Shown: positions 9,643-18,619, numbered from the stretch's first letter. The stretch is 64,000 nucleotides of DNA from Candidatus Poribacteria bacterium (GCA_965198235.1 OZ240248.1:1280001-1344000), one strand, 5' to 3'. Numbers and translations: made by a program. Notes: a model not told the origin generated them from the letters alone.

Positions 9643-9671
9643 ATAATACCATCAATTAATTCACATGTCAA
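9643..9671 (-). promoter_or_regulatory. Sigma70 promoter of the CBASS operon
   Basis: TTGACA-17 nt-TATTAT with TGn extension on the minus strand. Confidence 0.7.
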
Positions 9672-9914
9672 GGAAAATTTAAATTTTTACTACTTTTTCT
9701 CTGAAATACATATATTTTTAAATTTTTCACATATATATTAATTTTTAATGTATAGATGAAAATTATATTATTAATAATAGTCGATAATAAAACAGATGTG
9801 AAGAAATTAGGTAAATTCCGTAAAAATCGAACGTGTTTTTTGTCTTTACTTAAAAGTTTGTTTTCTGATATACTATATTTGCATGTGTATTATCATTGGG
9901 GAGGAACAACTGTC

Positions 9915-11153
9915 ATGAAATTAGGAGAGCGTCTTCGTCTCATTCGTAAAGAGAAAAAGTTGATCCTGAAGGATTTGGGTGAACTCGCGGATTTGTCTGT
10001 GCCTTATCTTTCGAGTATGGAGCGCGGTGTTGTTAATCCTTCTGTAGAAACCCTACAAAAGGTTGCCAAAGCTTATAATATGACAGTCCAAGACCTTTTT
10101 AGTGGTGTGGAAGAATTAGGAGAATTGATACATACTACGCATCCTACAGGATTTGAATCCTTTCTAAGGGACTTCGAGTCTAGTTATGGAATTATTAGTG
10201 ATGACTGGAAGGAATTGCTGCTGAAAATCAACTTTCGCGGCAGGCAGCCGTCCTCTCAAACGGAATGGCTTGAATTATATCTTTCTCTCAGACGAATTCT
10301 TTCACCTAAGGAGGAGAAGGTGAACAATCCGAAAAAGCATATTATCAAATTGGTTCAGGATACTGTCAGAGAATATAGTTCAACCCAGGTTCCTAATTTT
10401 GGCGAAATATGCACTGGCTTGGAATTAGATGTACAAGAAGCCTCGTTACCAGACGGGATAGACGGAATGCATAGAGGAAGGACAATTTTTATTAATTCCC
10501 GGATTAAGAATGAAGAGCGTAAGCGATTTACCCAATTTCATGAAGTCACGCATTATTTGATTGAGAAGGATGGAGATCTAATCTCTAATCTTCACGATAC
10601 TACTTGGAGCCAGGATGATGGATACGAAAGGCAGTTGGAACAACTTTGTAATATTGGTGCGGCTGAGTTTTTGATGCCTAGAAAGGTATTTGCGGGACTC
10701 TATAAAGAAAGGGAGTTTAATGTCGAACTGATACCATATGCTGCGCGTTACTTTGGGAGTTCGACAATAGCGACAACTATACAACTTGCTCAAGTTGCAC
10801 CAAATTCGTGCATTACTGCTGTTTGCGAATTAATACATAGCGATCCAGAATCGTCGCAAACTCGTTTTTCTAGCGCAAAGGATAGCTCCACCAAGCAAAA
10901 ATTGCATATAGCCTATTCTGCCTCGTCCCCCTCAACTGAATATTTGTTAGCAAAATGCACAGAAATTCCTGAAGACCACTTAATCAACCAAGCATTTTCG
11001 CAAACTCAACTAGTTGGAGGGGACAGTTACGTCCCTTTTCGGAGTGGCAAGAAAATGCCTTGTTACTGTGAAGCATTGGCAGATGGCGATAGGATTTATG
11101 TATTATTCCATTTGACACCTTCGCCAAATCCTAATCAAGGGACACTTTTTTGA
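9915..11153 (+). CDS. DdrO-like XRE repressor fused to an IrrE/PprI-like metalloprotease (CapH/CapP-like regulator)
   Basis: N-terminal MKLGERLR...SVPYLSSMERG.VNPSVETLQ...NFRGRQP...WLELYLSLRRIL resembles DdrO; then RFTQFHEVTH, EQLCNIGAAEFLMP and SYVPFRSGKKM as in IrrE; start at ATG 9915 (GGAGG), internal AAGGAGG-GTG at 10320. Confidence 0.85.
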   Translation: MKLGERLRLIRKEKKLILKDLGELADLSVPYLSSMERGVVNPSVETLQKVAKAYNMTVQDLFSGVEELGELIHTTHPTGFESFLRDFESSYGIISDDWKELLLKINFRGRQPSSQTEWLELYLSLRRILSPKEEKVNNPKKHIIKLVQDTVREYSSTQVPNFGEICTGLELDVQEASLPDGIDGMHRGRTIFINSRIKNEERKRFTQFHEVTHYLIEKDGDLISNLHDTTWSQDDGYERQLEQLCNIGAAEFLMPRKVFAGLYKEREFNVELIPYAARYFGSSTIATTIQLAQVAPNSCITAVCELIHSDPESSQTRFSSAKDSSTKQKLHIAYSASSPSTEYLLAKCTEIPEDHLINQAFSQTQLVGGDSYVPFRSGKKMPCYCEALADGDRIYVLFHLTPSPNPNQGTLF

Positions 11154-11259
11154 GATTTTCCGATTGATGATATTAACTTTAAAGCACTTGAGTCGTTACG
11201 CGTGGAGACAGAGTTTTAATTGCTCTGTATGTGTGAAATCATAGATTGTTTTTACTTGA

Positions 11260-14217
11260 TTAATCAAGATACCAACTCGGGAAAGGAATACCCTTCAGTT
11301 TAAGCTTCGCTAATTCCGCGTCAAGATTGCACTTGCACTTCTTCTCACCTTGGATGCTTGGTTCTGCACAGAGCATTTCACGCAGCGTCTGCATGGATGC
11401 AAGAATACCTACATCTTTGATACCAAGCACCTCCGTCAGAATATCTGTATCCAATTCGTGTCGGATAGGGTCGTGATCACATTCATTGACTGGCAGCATC
11501 CGCTTATACTTTAACCGTTCAAAGAGGGCTTCAGCGTTTGCTAGCTGCTGATTGGAGAGTCGGCGAACATCCAGCGTTGGCAGTGTTTTTAATGTCTGCT
11601 GACGCAGCGTTCCACGCCCCATATCCTGTTTACTGCTATGTAACCAGTGGCAGAAAAAGCCAAATGTTGAATTGCACCAGAGGGTCCACGCAATTTCATG
11701 CCGCAGGTCATTGAGTAAAACATTTATCATTGAACGTACGCCAATGGAGGGTTCCTCAGTGAAGGAAGAAAGCATGGAGTTTGAAGTGAATCTCATATTG
11801 ATGTGGTAATGGGTCTTACTGTTGCAGTCTAAAGCGCGATTAACGATCGCGTTCTCATTTGAACGGGGGATCGCTGTTGCATTTGGTTCAGCCATCATTG
11901 ACCGCTGCAAGGGTGCCTCAACTTTCCATAGCGCAGGGTAGCCATCACTGTTCCGTTCATATCCCTTTACTATGATAAATGGACCGTTCTTTTTTCTGTA
12001 CAAATCTGCTGAGCCAACTTGTGCTATGTGTTGCACTTGACAAATATCAAGAGGGATAGGTTCTCTTTCCATAGGCAGATGCAGTGCTCCGGCCTTGAGC
12101 TTGTGTGCACTCTGTAGCAATGCCATTGATCGTGCCCGTGTTGCAACCCACGCAACACCATCTTTGATGGGACAGTCTAGTATCTGGCCACTCTTCGTGT
12201 TGCCAACGCTGATAATATTTCCTCCATTAGGGGCATCTTCGAGTTTTCGCGTGCCACTGCTCCGAGATATCCGATTTGCGATTTCCATTGCTTCAAGTGG
12301 TTTCTTGGGCCTCTGATTTAAGCAGACAAACGTGCCGCGTCCAGTATTTTCTCCTACGCCCTTTGTCGCAACGACGATGCATTCCGCCTTTTTTGTGTCT
12401 GCAGAGAATGCACAATCTGCAGCCTCTGCTTGTGCCATAGTTATCACAATAACATCGTGATATTCAGTTGCCCACATATCTCTAATTTTCTGTGTGATAG
12501 GTGATCTTAATACTGTCAACAGTAGAATGAAACCCATCGTCCCCCCATGCTTAAGTTTCTTGTCCGAGAGGTCAACAAAATTCGGAGCAAAGTCAGCAAT
12601 TCCATCGGATACTCTTCTATCTTTAAGTTTCAGTGCTGCCTGCATCATTTTCTGCTCTTCCTCAGAGCGGTCGCTACCTTGGAATGTAGATTTCGGTACA
12701 TCAGTGTTGCTATCTGATCCCCCTCTGGTAAACGGGGGATTTTGTATAACAATATCAAACTCAAAGTGTTGAAAAACTTGTTGGAATTTAACTACTGTGT
12801 TCTCTTTGCCGCCGATCTGTTCAGCATCCGTATCAAATAGTTTCACGTCGTCAAGCAATTCGAGGGAACCTATCGCATAACTACCGTCCTGCATAAGTCC
12901 ATAAGGTGCAGTCAGAATGCGGGTATCCGCTAGTTTGATATCCGCATACGTGCTGGCGAGAGCAGCTGCTGTCAAGTGTGTGGCATTCGGCATGACATCT
13001 GCACCGCCAATATTTTCCTTAAGCATCTTCTGGTGGATGTCCCTTCCGTTTCCACCTTGCTGTTCATATAGGGATAAAATGCGTTGGTATACGCCGTTGA
13101 GGAGTGCCCCAGTTCCACAAGCAAAATCCGCTACTTTCGGGAGTTTACCCTTAGGCAATTCAGGCATTACAAGGGTTGACAACAACGTCGCGCTTTCTGG
13201 CAGCGTATAGTTTGCCTTAACATATTTTCTATCGGTGATTAACTTTTGAAACACTATGCCCGCAAGTTCGTGGATTTGCGCGATACCGGTGTCAACGAGG
13301 TCTTTAGCTGCCTTGCACAGCAACTTTAAGATATGTTTAACCAGTTTGTCGTCTGTCGCAAGTGCCTTAACGAGTTCACGGGCATCCTCAAAGATAGGGC
13401 GGTAGTTGACTTTAAGAATAGTGTTCCAGTCTTCTATAACATCGGAATAGTCAATCGTAGAAAGGAGTTGACGGAGTGAACGGACAGATGTCATTTCTGC
13501 CTTGCCCGCGAGCGAACTCTGGAAAACGAAGGCATCGGTGATAATCAGTGCCGCCATGCGGAGGGTTTGTGTATTGAGTTTTTCTTTTTCGTCATTTTCA
13601 TCTTTAGAGAAAACCTCTTGGTGTAGGATTGACTCGATTTTCGTCCCGATGGCACGGTGATCAGTAATAGCGTTTTCAAGTAGATGGGCTGCCCTGTTGA
13701 TATTAAGTTCCATGTCCTCCGCTGCTTGTTCCAACTGTGAGTTGGGTATTGCACCGACGTGTAACGCATTGGCAATGTCTCCCACTGTGCCAGTTGTCCA
13801 CCCGTTTTCTGGGAAGTGTCCGACGGTATCCCCGAGAGTACTGACGAGTTTGTACTGTAAGTCATCCGCCTCATGGAGTTGTGGAGTAATGTCCCGTCCT
13901 GACATTCTCTTAAAACGATCAGGATATAGGATTGCCATGACATTGTTGAGGGTTTTCGCTGAGATATAGTATTCTGCTTCAAGTTCATAGACGAGTCTTG
14001 TTTCGGCTTGTTTGATAAGGTTTTTAGCATTGGTGGTAGTAGCGAATTTGGCTTCTATACCAATGGCTTCTCTACCGCGTTCAATCACGAGGGCATCAAG
14101 TTCGCTGTTGCCTTTGATGAAGGCATGAACAGCCGTTTCGACTTCCCATCCGTGGCGCATGTTTCGTAGGATATTAACCAAGTGATTTGTAATTGTCGTT
14201 TCGTGTTGATTCGGCAT
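11260..14217 (-). CDS. Type IIG-like restriction-modification enzyme (N6-adenine methyltransferase with N-terminal nuclease-like domain)
   Basis: DFACGTG (motif I), QNPPF (motif IV), N-terminal LD...IEAK PD-(D/E)xK-like motif; 985 aa. Confidence 0.75.
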   Translation of the reverse strand: MPNQHETTITNHLVNILRNMRHGWEVETAVHAFIKGNSELDALVIERGREAIGIEAKFATTTNAKNLIKQAETRLVYELEAEYYISAKTLNNVMAILYPDRFKRMSGRDITPQLHEADDLQYKLVSTLGDTVGHFPENGWTTGTVGDIANALHVGAIPNSQLEQAAEDMELNINRAAHLLENAITDHRAIGTKIESILHQEVFSKDENDEKEKLNTQTLRMAALIITDAFVFQSSLAGKAEMTSVRSLRQLLSTIDYSDVIEDWNTILKVNYRPIFEDARELVKALATDDKLVKHILKLLCKAAKDLVDTGIAQIHELAGIVFQKLITDRKYVKANYTLPESATLLSTLVMPELPKGKLPKVADFACGTGALLNGVYQRILSLYEQQGGNGRDIHQKMLKENIGGADVMPNATHLTAAALASTYADIKLADTRILTAPYGLMQDGSYAIGSLELLDDVKLFDTDAEQIGGKENTVVKFQQVFQHFEFDIVIQNPPFTRGGSDSNTDVPKSTFQGSDRSEEEQKMMQAALKLKDRRVSDGIADFAPNFVDLSDKKLKHGGTMGFILLLTVLRSPITQKIRDMWATEYHDVIVITMAQAEAADCAFSADTKKAECIVVATKGVGENTGRGTFVCLNQRPKKPLEAMEIANRISRSSGTRKLEDAPNGGNIISVGNTKSGQILDCPIKDGVAWVATRARSMALLQSAHKLKAGALHLPMEREPIPLDICQVQHIAQVGSADLYRKKNGPFIIVKGYERNSDGYPALWKVEAPLQRSMMAEPNATAIPRSNENAIVNRALDCNSKTHYHINMRFTSNSMLSSFTEEPSIGVRSMINVLLNDLRHEIAWTLWCNSTFGFFCHWLHSSKQDMGRGTLRQQTLKTLPTLDVRRLSNQQLANAEALFERLKYKRMLPVNECDHDPIRHELDTDILTEVLGIKDVGILASMQTLREMLCAEPSIQGEKKCKCNLDAELAKLKLKGIPFPSWYLD

Positions 14218-14396
14218 AATGTTCCCTTAGAATTGCTTTCAATGATGTGTGAATCTAGTGAAGTTACGGGAAAGCACCTGCCAGGTGTGGTGGCGATGCA
14301 TTTCTATAGAAATGCCATCCGTACGGGGCTGAAAAATTAACCTTGCAACTGGGCGATGTTACAAATCCTGCCAGTTGGAAAAGGACATTTGTAATG

Positions 14397-14771
14397 CTAC
14401 CAAATTTTCACAAGGGTAGCAACGATTTGCAAAACCTGAACAACGGTTTCATCTGGCATATCCCCTGCGTGCCGCGCGCGTCTTTCCCACCAATCAAGGC
14501 TTTTGATATGATCTGCTTGGATGACTCCGTCAAGTTCAATAATTCTGGTAAGGTCCTTGCTACGGATTTCTACTCCTGGTGGGATCGGAACATCAAGATC
14601 TGCGCGGTAGGGTTTCCGGCTGGTCGTGATTGGACACATAATTGCCAACCACAGTCTGCGATTATAGATTTCTTCAGAGAGTACAAGAGCCGGACGCTCT
14701 TTTGCTTGCTCATGTCCAGCGTGGGGCTCAAAGTCAATCCACACAATATCACCGTGTCGTGGAACATACAT
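14397..14771 (-). CDS. mazF: PemK/MazF family toxin
   Basis: YVPRHGDIVWIDFEPHAGHEQAKERPALVLS...CPITT...ADHIKSLDW. Confidence 0.9.
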   Translation of the reverse strand: MYVPRHGDIVWIDFEPHAGHEQAKERPALVLSEEIYNRRLWLAIMCPITTSRKPYRADLDVPIPPGVEIRSKDLTRIIELDGVIQADHIKSLDWWERRARHAGDMPDETVVQVLQIVATLVKIW

Positions 14772-14779
14772 AGTGGCGT

Positions 14780-15019
14780 TTACCAAACCTCCCTGCCCAC
14801 TGGCGGTCCGGTGTCTGTCTCTTCTGAAAGGCCGGGTTTTCGGACTTCAACTTTAGGTTCCGGTACCTTGGCTAAAAGTTCTTCTATTGTATAATTCGGA
14901 CGCGGTATAGGTCTACGCCTTTCTTGGTTACAAGGTGTTATCTCAACCTTCTTACCACGCAATTTAGATTCTGGAGTTTTGGCAGAGAATTTCTCGGGCG
15001 TACAGTCTGTTTTTTTCAC
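14780..15019 (-). CDS. MazE-like antitoxin with an atypical N-terminus
   Basis: C-terminal YTIEELLAKV...DTGPPVGREVW typical of MazE; AAGGAG before GTG 15019; no recognisable AbrB WGNS motif. Confidence 0.6.
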   Translation of the reverse strand: MKKTDCTPEKFSAKTPESKLRGKKVEITPCNQERRRPIPRPNYTIEELLAKVPEPKVEVRKPGLSEETDTGPPVGREVW

Positions 15020-15063
15020 AAGGTGGCTCCTTAACGATCGAAATGAACAAAACACTTGAGTAA

Positions 15064-15627
15064 TTATAATTTGAATGTTGTATATTCGTCTGCTTCAACA
15101 CCCATCAACTCCCGGTAGGTTTCAAGTGGAATGAATGGCGTTTCGCCTTCTTGTCGATCCGCATCAAAGTAGTCGAAACAGACTTCCCATAAAACGAGGG
15201 CGTATTTACTGGTGAACTGGTTTTGCAGCCGTAGGTTCAACTTGGCGTAGACGCGCGGGTTGTGAAGTCTCAGCCGCAATGTGTGTGGGAACTGATAGAA
15301 GCAGATACCATCGTGAATACGAACCTCTGCTAAGAGATGCGCTACACCCCACTCTTGCTTTTTGTCTTTGCCGAGAATGTTCCATTTCACTTTGAAATCA
15401 GCAATAGATTCTAATATCTCTTTTAGGTAGTCATCGTTCTTGCTATCGAAACCAAGCTTCGCTGTCAATTCAACCATACTCACGCGATGGATTTCTTTAT
15501 CTGGAAGTTCCTTGTAGGCGTTGGCGAGCAGGACGTTCCATGCCCGGCGTTGTAGGAGCGACATCTTGCTCTGGACATGAATCGCCGGACTTGCTTTGAT
15601 AACATCACTAATTTCTGTTAAATTCAT
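15064..15627 (-). pseudogene. Rep_3/RepB plasmid replication initiator, 3'-truncated
   Basis: SLLQRRAWNVLL, NPRVYAKLNL, FTSKYALVLWE, YRELMGV...Y..FK; stops at the start of the second winged-helix recognition helix. Confidence 0.75.
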
Positions 15628-15690
15628 GAGATATACCCCCTTTTAGTATAGTCTGTCATAAAGGAAAAGACTTGTCAAGACTAAATTATA

Positions 15691-15817
15691 CCTTTAACCC
15701 CATAAACCTATGCCTTTAACCCCAAAAAACTGTACTTTCTTTCAGCTATAGTCAGGAATCTACAAGCGTTACTGCCTTTTCCCCATAAACCTATGCCTTT
15801 AAGTCCGGAAACGTAGG
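15691..15817. repeat. Four 21-22-bp iteron-like direct repeats followed by an AT-rich tract
   Basis: cctttaaccccataaacctatg (15691), cctttaaccccaaaaaactgta (15713), ccttttccccataaacctatg (15775), cctttaagtccggaaacgtagg (15796), upstream of rep. Confidence 0.75.
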
Positions 15818-15871
15818 CGTGGCGTGGGTTAGTGGCACCTTTAAAACATTTAAAAGTATATATTAAAATAG

Positions 15872-16965
15872 TTAGGACTTACGCAATAATGTTTGACATA
15901 GACTCCGCAAAACACTAATATGGTGTTTGAGGAGGTAAATAAAGATGGTTAGCCCCACACGTCTGGATTACTGTCAGTATCTACTCAGCACGCCTATTCA
16001 CTATACGTTGACTCATTTCGCAGACCCCTGTGAGAGATTTAGTCATGATCAGATAAACCGTTATCTCGCAGGTGACCGTCTCAGACCGCGCACCATCTGG
16101 GAACATGTCAAATCTGATGTCGTGCAAACCGTCGATGGATATATCATTTTTGATGACACCGTCTTAGACAAACGGTATGCCAAAGAGATAGCACTTGCGC
16201 AGAAACAATATAGTGGCAACGCGGGTGGCATCATAAATGGTATAGGCATTGTCACGTGCGTCTACGTCAATCCAGTGTTAGACCGGTATTGGCTAATTGA
16301 TTACCGTATCTACGATAAACAAGGCGATGGTAAATCAAAGTTGGATCCTGTTCGAGAGATGCTCTCAGTCTTGGTAAACTCGCGTAAAGTTGCTTTCTCG
16401 ACGGTGTTGATGGACTCGTGGTATGCCAGCAAATCGCTGCTGCTCTACATTGAAAGTCTTGATAAGACGTATTATGTTCCGTTGAAATCCAATCGTCTTG
16501 TTGACGATTCTAAGGGCAGCAAGCCCTATCAACGCATTGATACTTTACACTGGACAGATGCTGAACAGCAATCGGGTAAACGCGTCAAACTCCATAAGTT
16601 TCCGAAGCATCAGAAGGTGAAAGTCTTCCGGGTAGCGTCTTCTCGACGCACGGATTATATTGCCACCAACGACTTGAGTCAATCCGATGTGTCCGTCGTC
16701 CGACAGGTGTGCGATGTCCGCTGGAAGATTGAACAACTTCACCGTGAATCGAAACAGTTGACAGGACTTGAAAAATGCCAATGTCGTCTCCCCCGTATTG
16801 TTCGCAATCACATCGCATCTACGTTTCTCGTTTGGGTTCATCTGATGCGTCAGGCTTATGAAAAAGGTCAAACGCTTTATCAGGTCAAACATGGAATGCT
16901 CTCTGAATATCTCTGTCAACAACTTAAATCACCTATGCTAAAAATTGGGAATGCGTAAGTCCTAA
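15872..16965 (+). mobile_element. IS701-family insertion sequence
   Basis: Perfect 14-bp inverted repeats ttaggacttacgca / tgcgtaagtcctaa around a DDE transposase; no clear target duplication. Confidence 0.85.
15945..16958 (+). CDS. IS701 family transposase
   Basis: IIFDDTVLDK, QYSGN, VLMDSWY, RWKIEQLHRESKQLTG, CQCR. Confidence 0.9.
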   Translation: MVSPTRLDYCQYLLSTPIHYTLTHFADPCERFSHDQINRYLAGDRLRPRTIWEHVKSDVVQTVDGYIIFDDTVLDKRYAKEIALAQKQYSGNAGGIINGIGIVTCVYVNPVLDRYWLIDYRIYDKQGDGKSKLDPVREMLSVLVNSRKVAFSTVLMDSWYASKSLLLYIESLDKTYYVPLKSNRLVDDSKGSKPYQRIDTLHWTDAEQQSGKRVKLHKFPKHQKVKVFRVASSRRTDYIATNDLSQSDVSVVRQVCDVRWKIEQLHRESKQLTGLEKCQCRLPRIVRNHIASTFLVWVHLMRQAYEKGQTLYQVKHGMLSEYLCQQLKSPMLKIGNA

Positions 16966-17033
16966 AAATGCACTTTTTTTCAGAAAAATCGGTGAAATTC
17001 GTCATTTTAACGCAAAAAAGTTGCATTTTTAAT

Positions 17034-17062
17034 TTGACATTTGCTTGGAAATGTGGTACCAT
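17034..17062 (+). promoter_or_regulatory. Sigma70 promoter
   Basis: TTGACA-17 nt-TACCAT with TGn. Confidence 0.55.
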
Positions 17063-17340
17063 AGATATAATGGAAGGCTATATAATGGAAAGCGGAGGGC
17101 AACCCGCAATGTATAGAAGCCATCAACGATTAACCTTGAAAGCCTCGTCCAAGCGGCGCAACGCGTTAGACGGGCCACCTGCCCCACATACAAAAGCAAA
17201 CGCGGGCAGATTTATCAGGCAACCGCGAAGGTCTATTTTAATTATACTGCATACCGACGCGGTTGTCAAGAGGACGAAGATGACGAATTTGGTTTTGATG
17301 ACTTGACACTTCTCTCTCAGAAAGTAAGGAGAAACTATCG

Positions 17341-18153
17341 ATGATACGAGTATTGGTGATAAAGGTCATAGCTTGCGCATGTCTAGCTTCTGCGTTCCCT
17401 GTACTAAGCGCAGCTGAAGTTAGCGTAGATGACGCAATCGGGATATGGCTCTTTGACGAAGGTAAAGGAAATGTAGCTAAAGATTCCTCACCCAATGGCA
17501 ATGACGGCGAGCTCATAGCCGGACCCAAATGGGTTGAAGGTAAGTTCGGCGGTGCTCTGGAATTTGATGGCAGCGGGACCTCGGTCGAGACGGAAAGTGC
17601 TGACAAACTGAAAGAGTTTGAACTCGGCGATAAGACCGACTTTACGGCTACCGCTTGGTTTAAAACGGATACGGGCACGGGGTTCGTAATGAGTAAAACA
17701 AGGCTGGCTGGAGACTGGACTGGGTTTGAAGTCAAGTTCAGTGGCGGAGGACAAATCAGGACCTGACTGCAGACTGAACCTGTCACAGTTTGTGACAACA
17801 GAGGCGCGGGTCTTGACGACGGGAAGTGGCATCATCTTGCGGTGGTTTTTAGCAGAACAAAGGGTGAGCGATATATCTACGTCGATGGAGAACAGCAGGG
17901 AAACCCTATTGACCATCGCGCGGTCAAAGGTAGCATTGATCACGAGAACGGCTTTGCAATCGGAGTCAGCATGGGGGATCACAGAGGCGGTTCATTTTTC
18001 AACGGTGTCATTGACCAGGTCGCCCTTTTCAAAGGTGAGCTGGATAAAGACGATATCGAGACGGTCATGAATAATATGGAGGAATTTCTCCCAGTTTCTC
18101 CATTGGGGCACCTCACTACCACATGGGGTAAGGTTAAGCAGGCTTCCCAATAG
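17341..18153 (+). pseudogene. Secreted LamG-like jellyroll protein with one in-frame TGA at 17764-17766 (nonsense mutation or recoded)
   Basis: ORFs 17341-17766 and 17842-18153 share a frame; read-through gives signal peptide, WLFDEG, GALEFDG, DGKWHHLAVV, YVDG, FNGVIDQV and the tail LTTTWGKVK. Confidence 0.8.
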
Positions 18154-18227
18154 ACACTCCCTTTCATACAACTTATGGCGCAAACGGCAGATTAGATGCT
18201 CCGCGAAGCGCATAAGCCGAGTTTTTG

Positions 18228-18265
18228 GAAGTGAGAAAGCGGAGGTTTCACCGCTTTCTCACTTC
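18228..18265. terminator. Perfect 15-bp stem-loop downstream of the LamG gene
   Basis: gaagtgagaaagcgg-N8-ccgctttctcacttc; no U-tract on the + strand. Confidence 0.45.
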
Positions 18266-18619
18266 GCGTTATTGGCGGATTGATGATTTTTTCGTCTTTT
18301 GAAAAGTGTCAACCTAATTTTCGCGGGAAATGAACCATCCCCATATTTGTATATTTGCATATTCCTCTGACTTTTCCCCACTCACATATTCCATCTCCCA
18401 TAAAAGCGCAATTTCGTGTGGTGCTGGGTATAATCAAGGCTTCAGTATTATACATAAAACGCATTCCCTTCCACCCGGTTTAACTTCACATTCTCCCTCT
18501 TCGCCTCTGAGCTTTAGTGTTTTGATGTAATCCCGCGCTGCATTTCCTTTTCTGGTTGGCATCCTTTTCCCTGATCCATTCTTCTGATAGCCCACGAAAG
18601 GCATGGATAGGACACTGCA

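Noticed and set aside
9756-9914. 53-aa N-terminal extension of the regulator
   Set aside because: AT-rich promoter DNA; the Shine-Dalgarno and DdrO similarity both point to ATG 9915.
16968-17306. 112-aa ORF after IS701
   Set aside because: Spans a promoter, has no recognisable motif and no clear Shine-Dalgarno.
18176-18280. Possible integron attC site (AAC...GTT around a hairpin)
   Set aside because: R boxes match poorly, the outer arms do not pair, and no integrase or cassette array is present.
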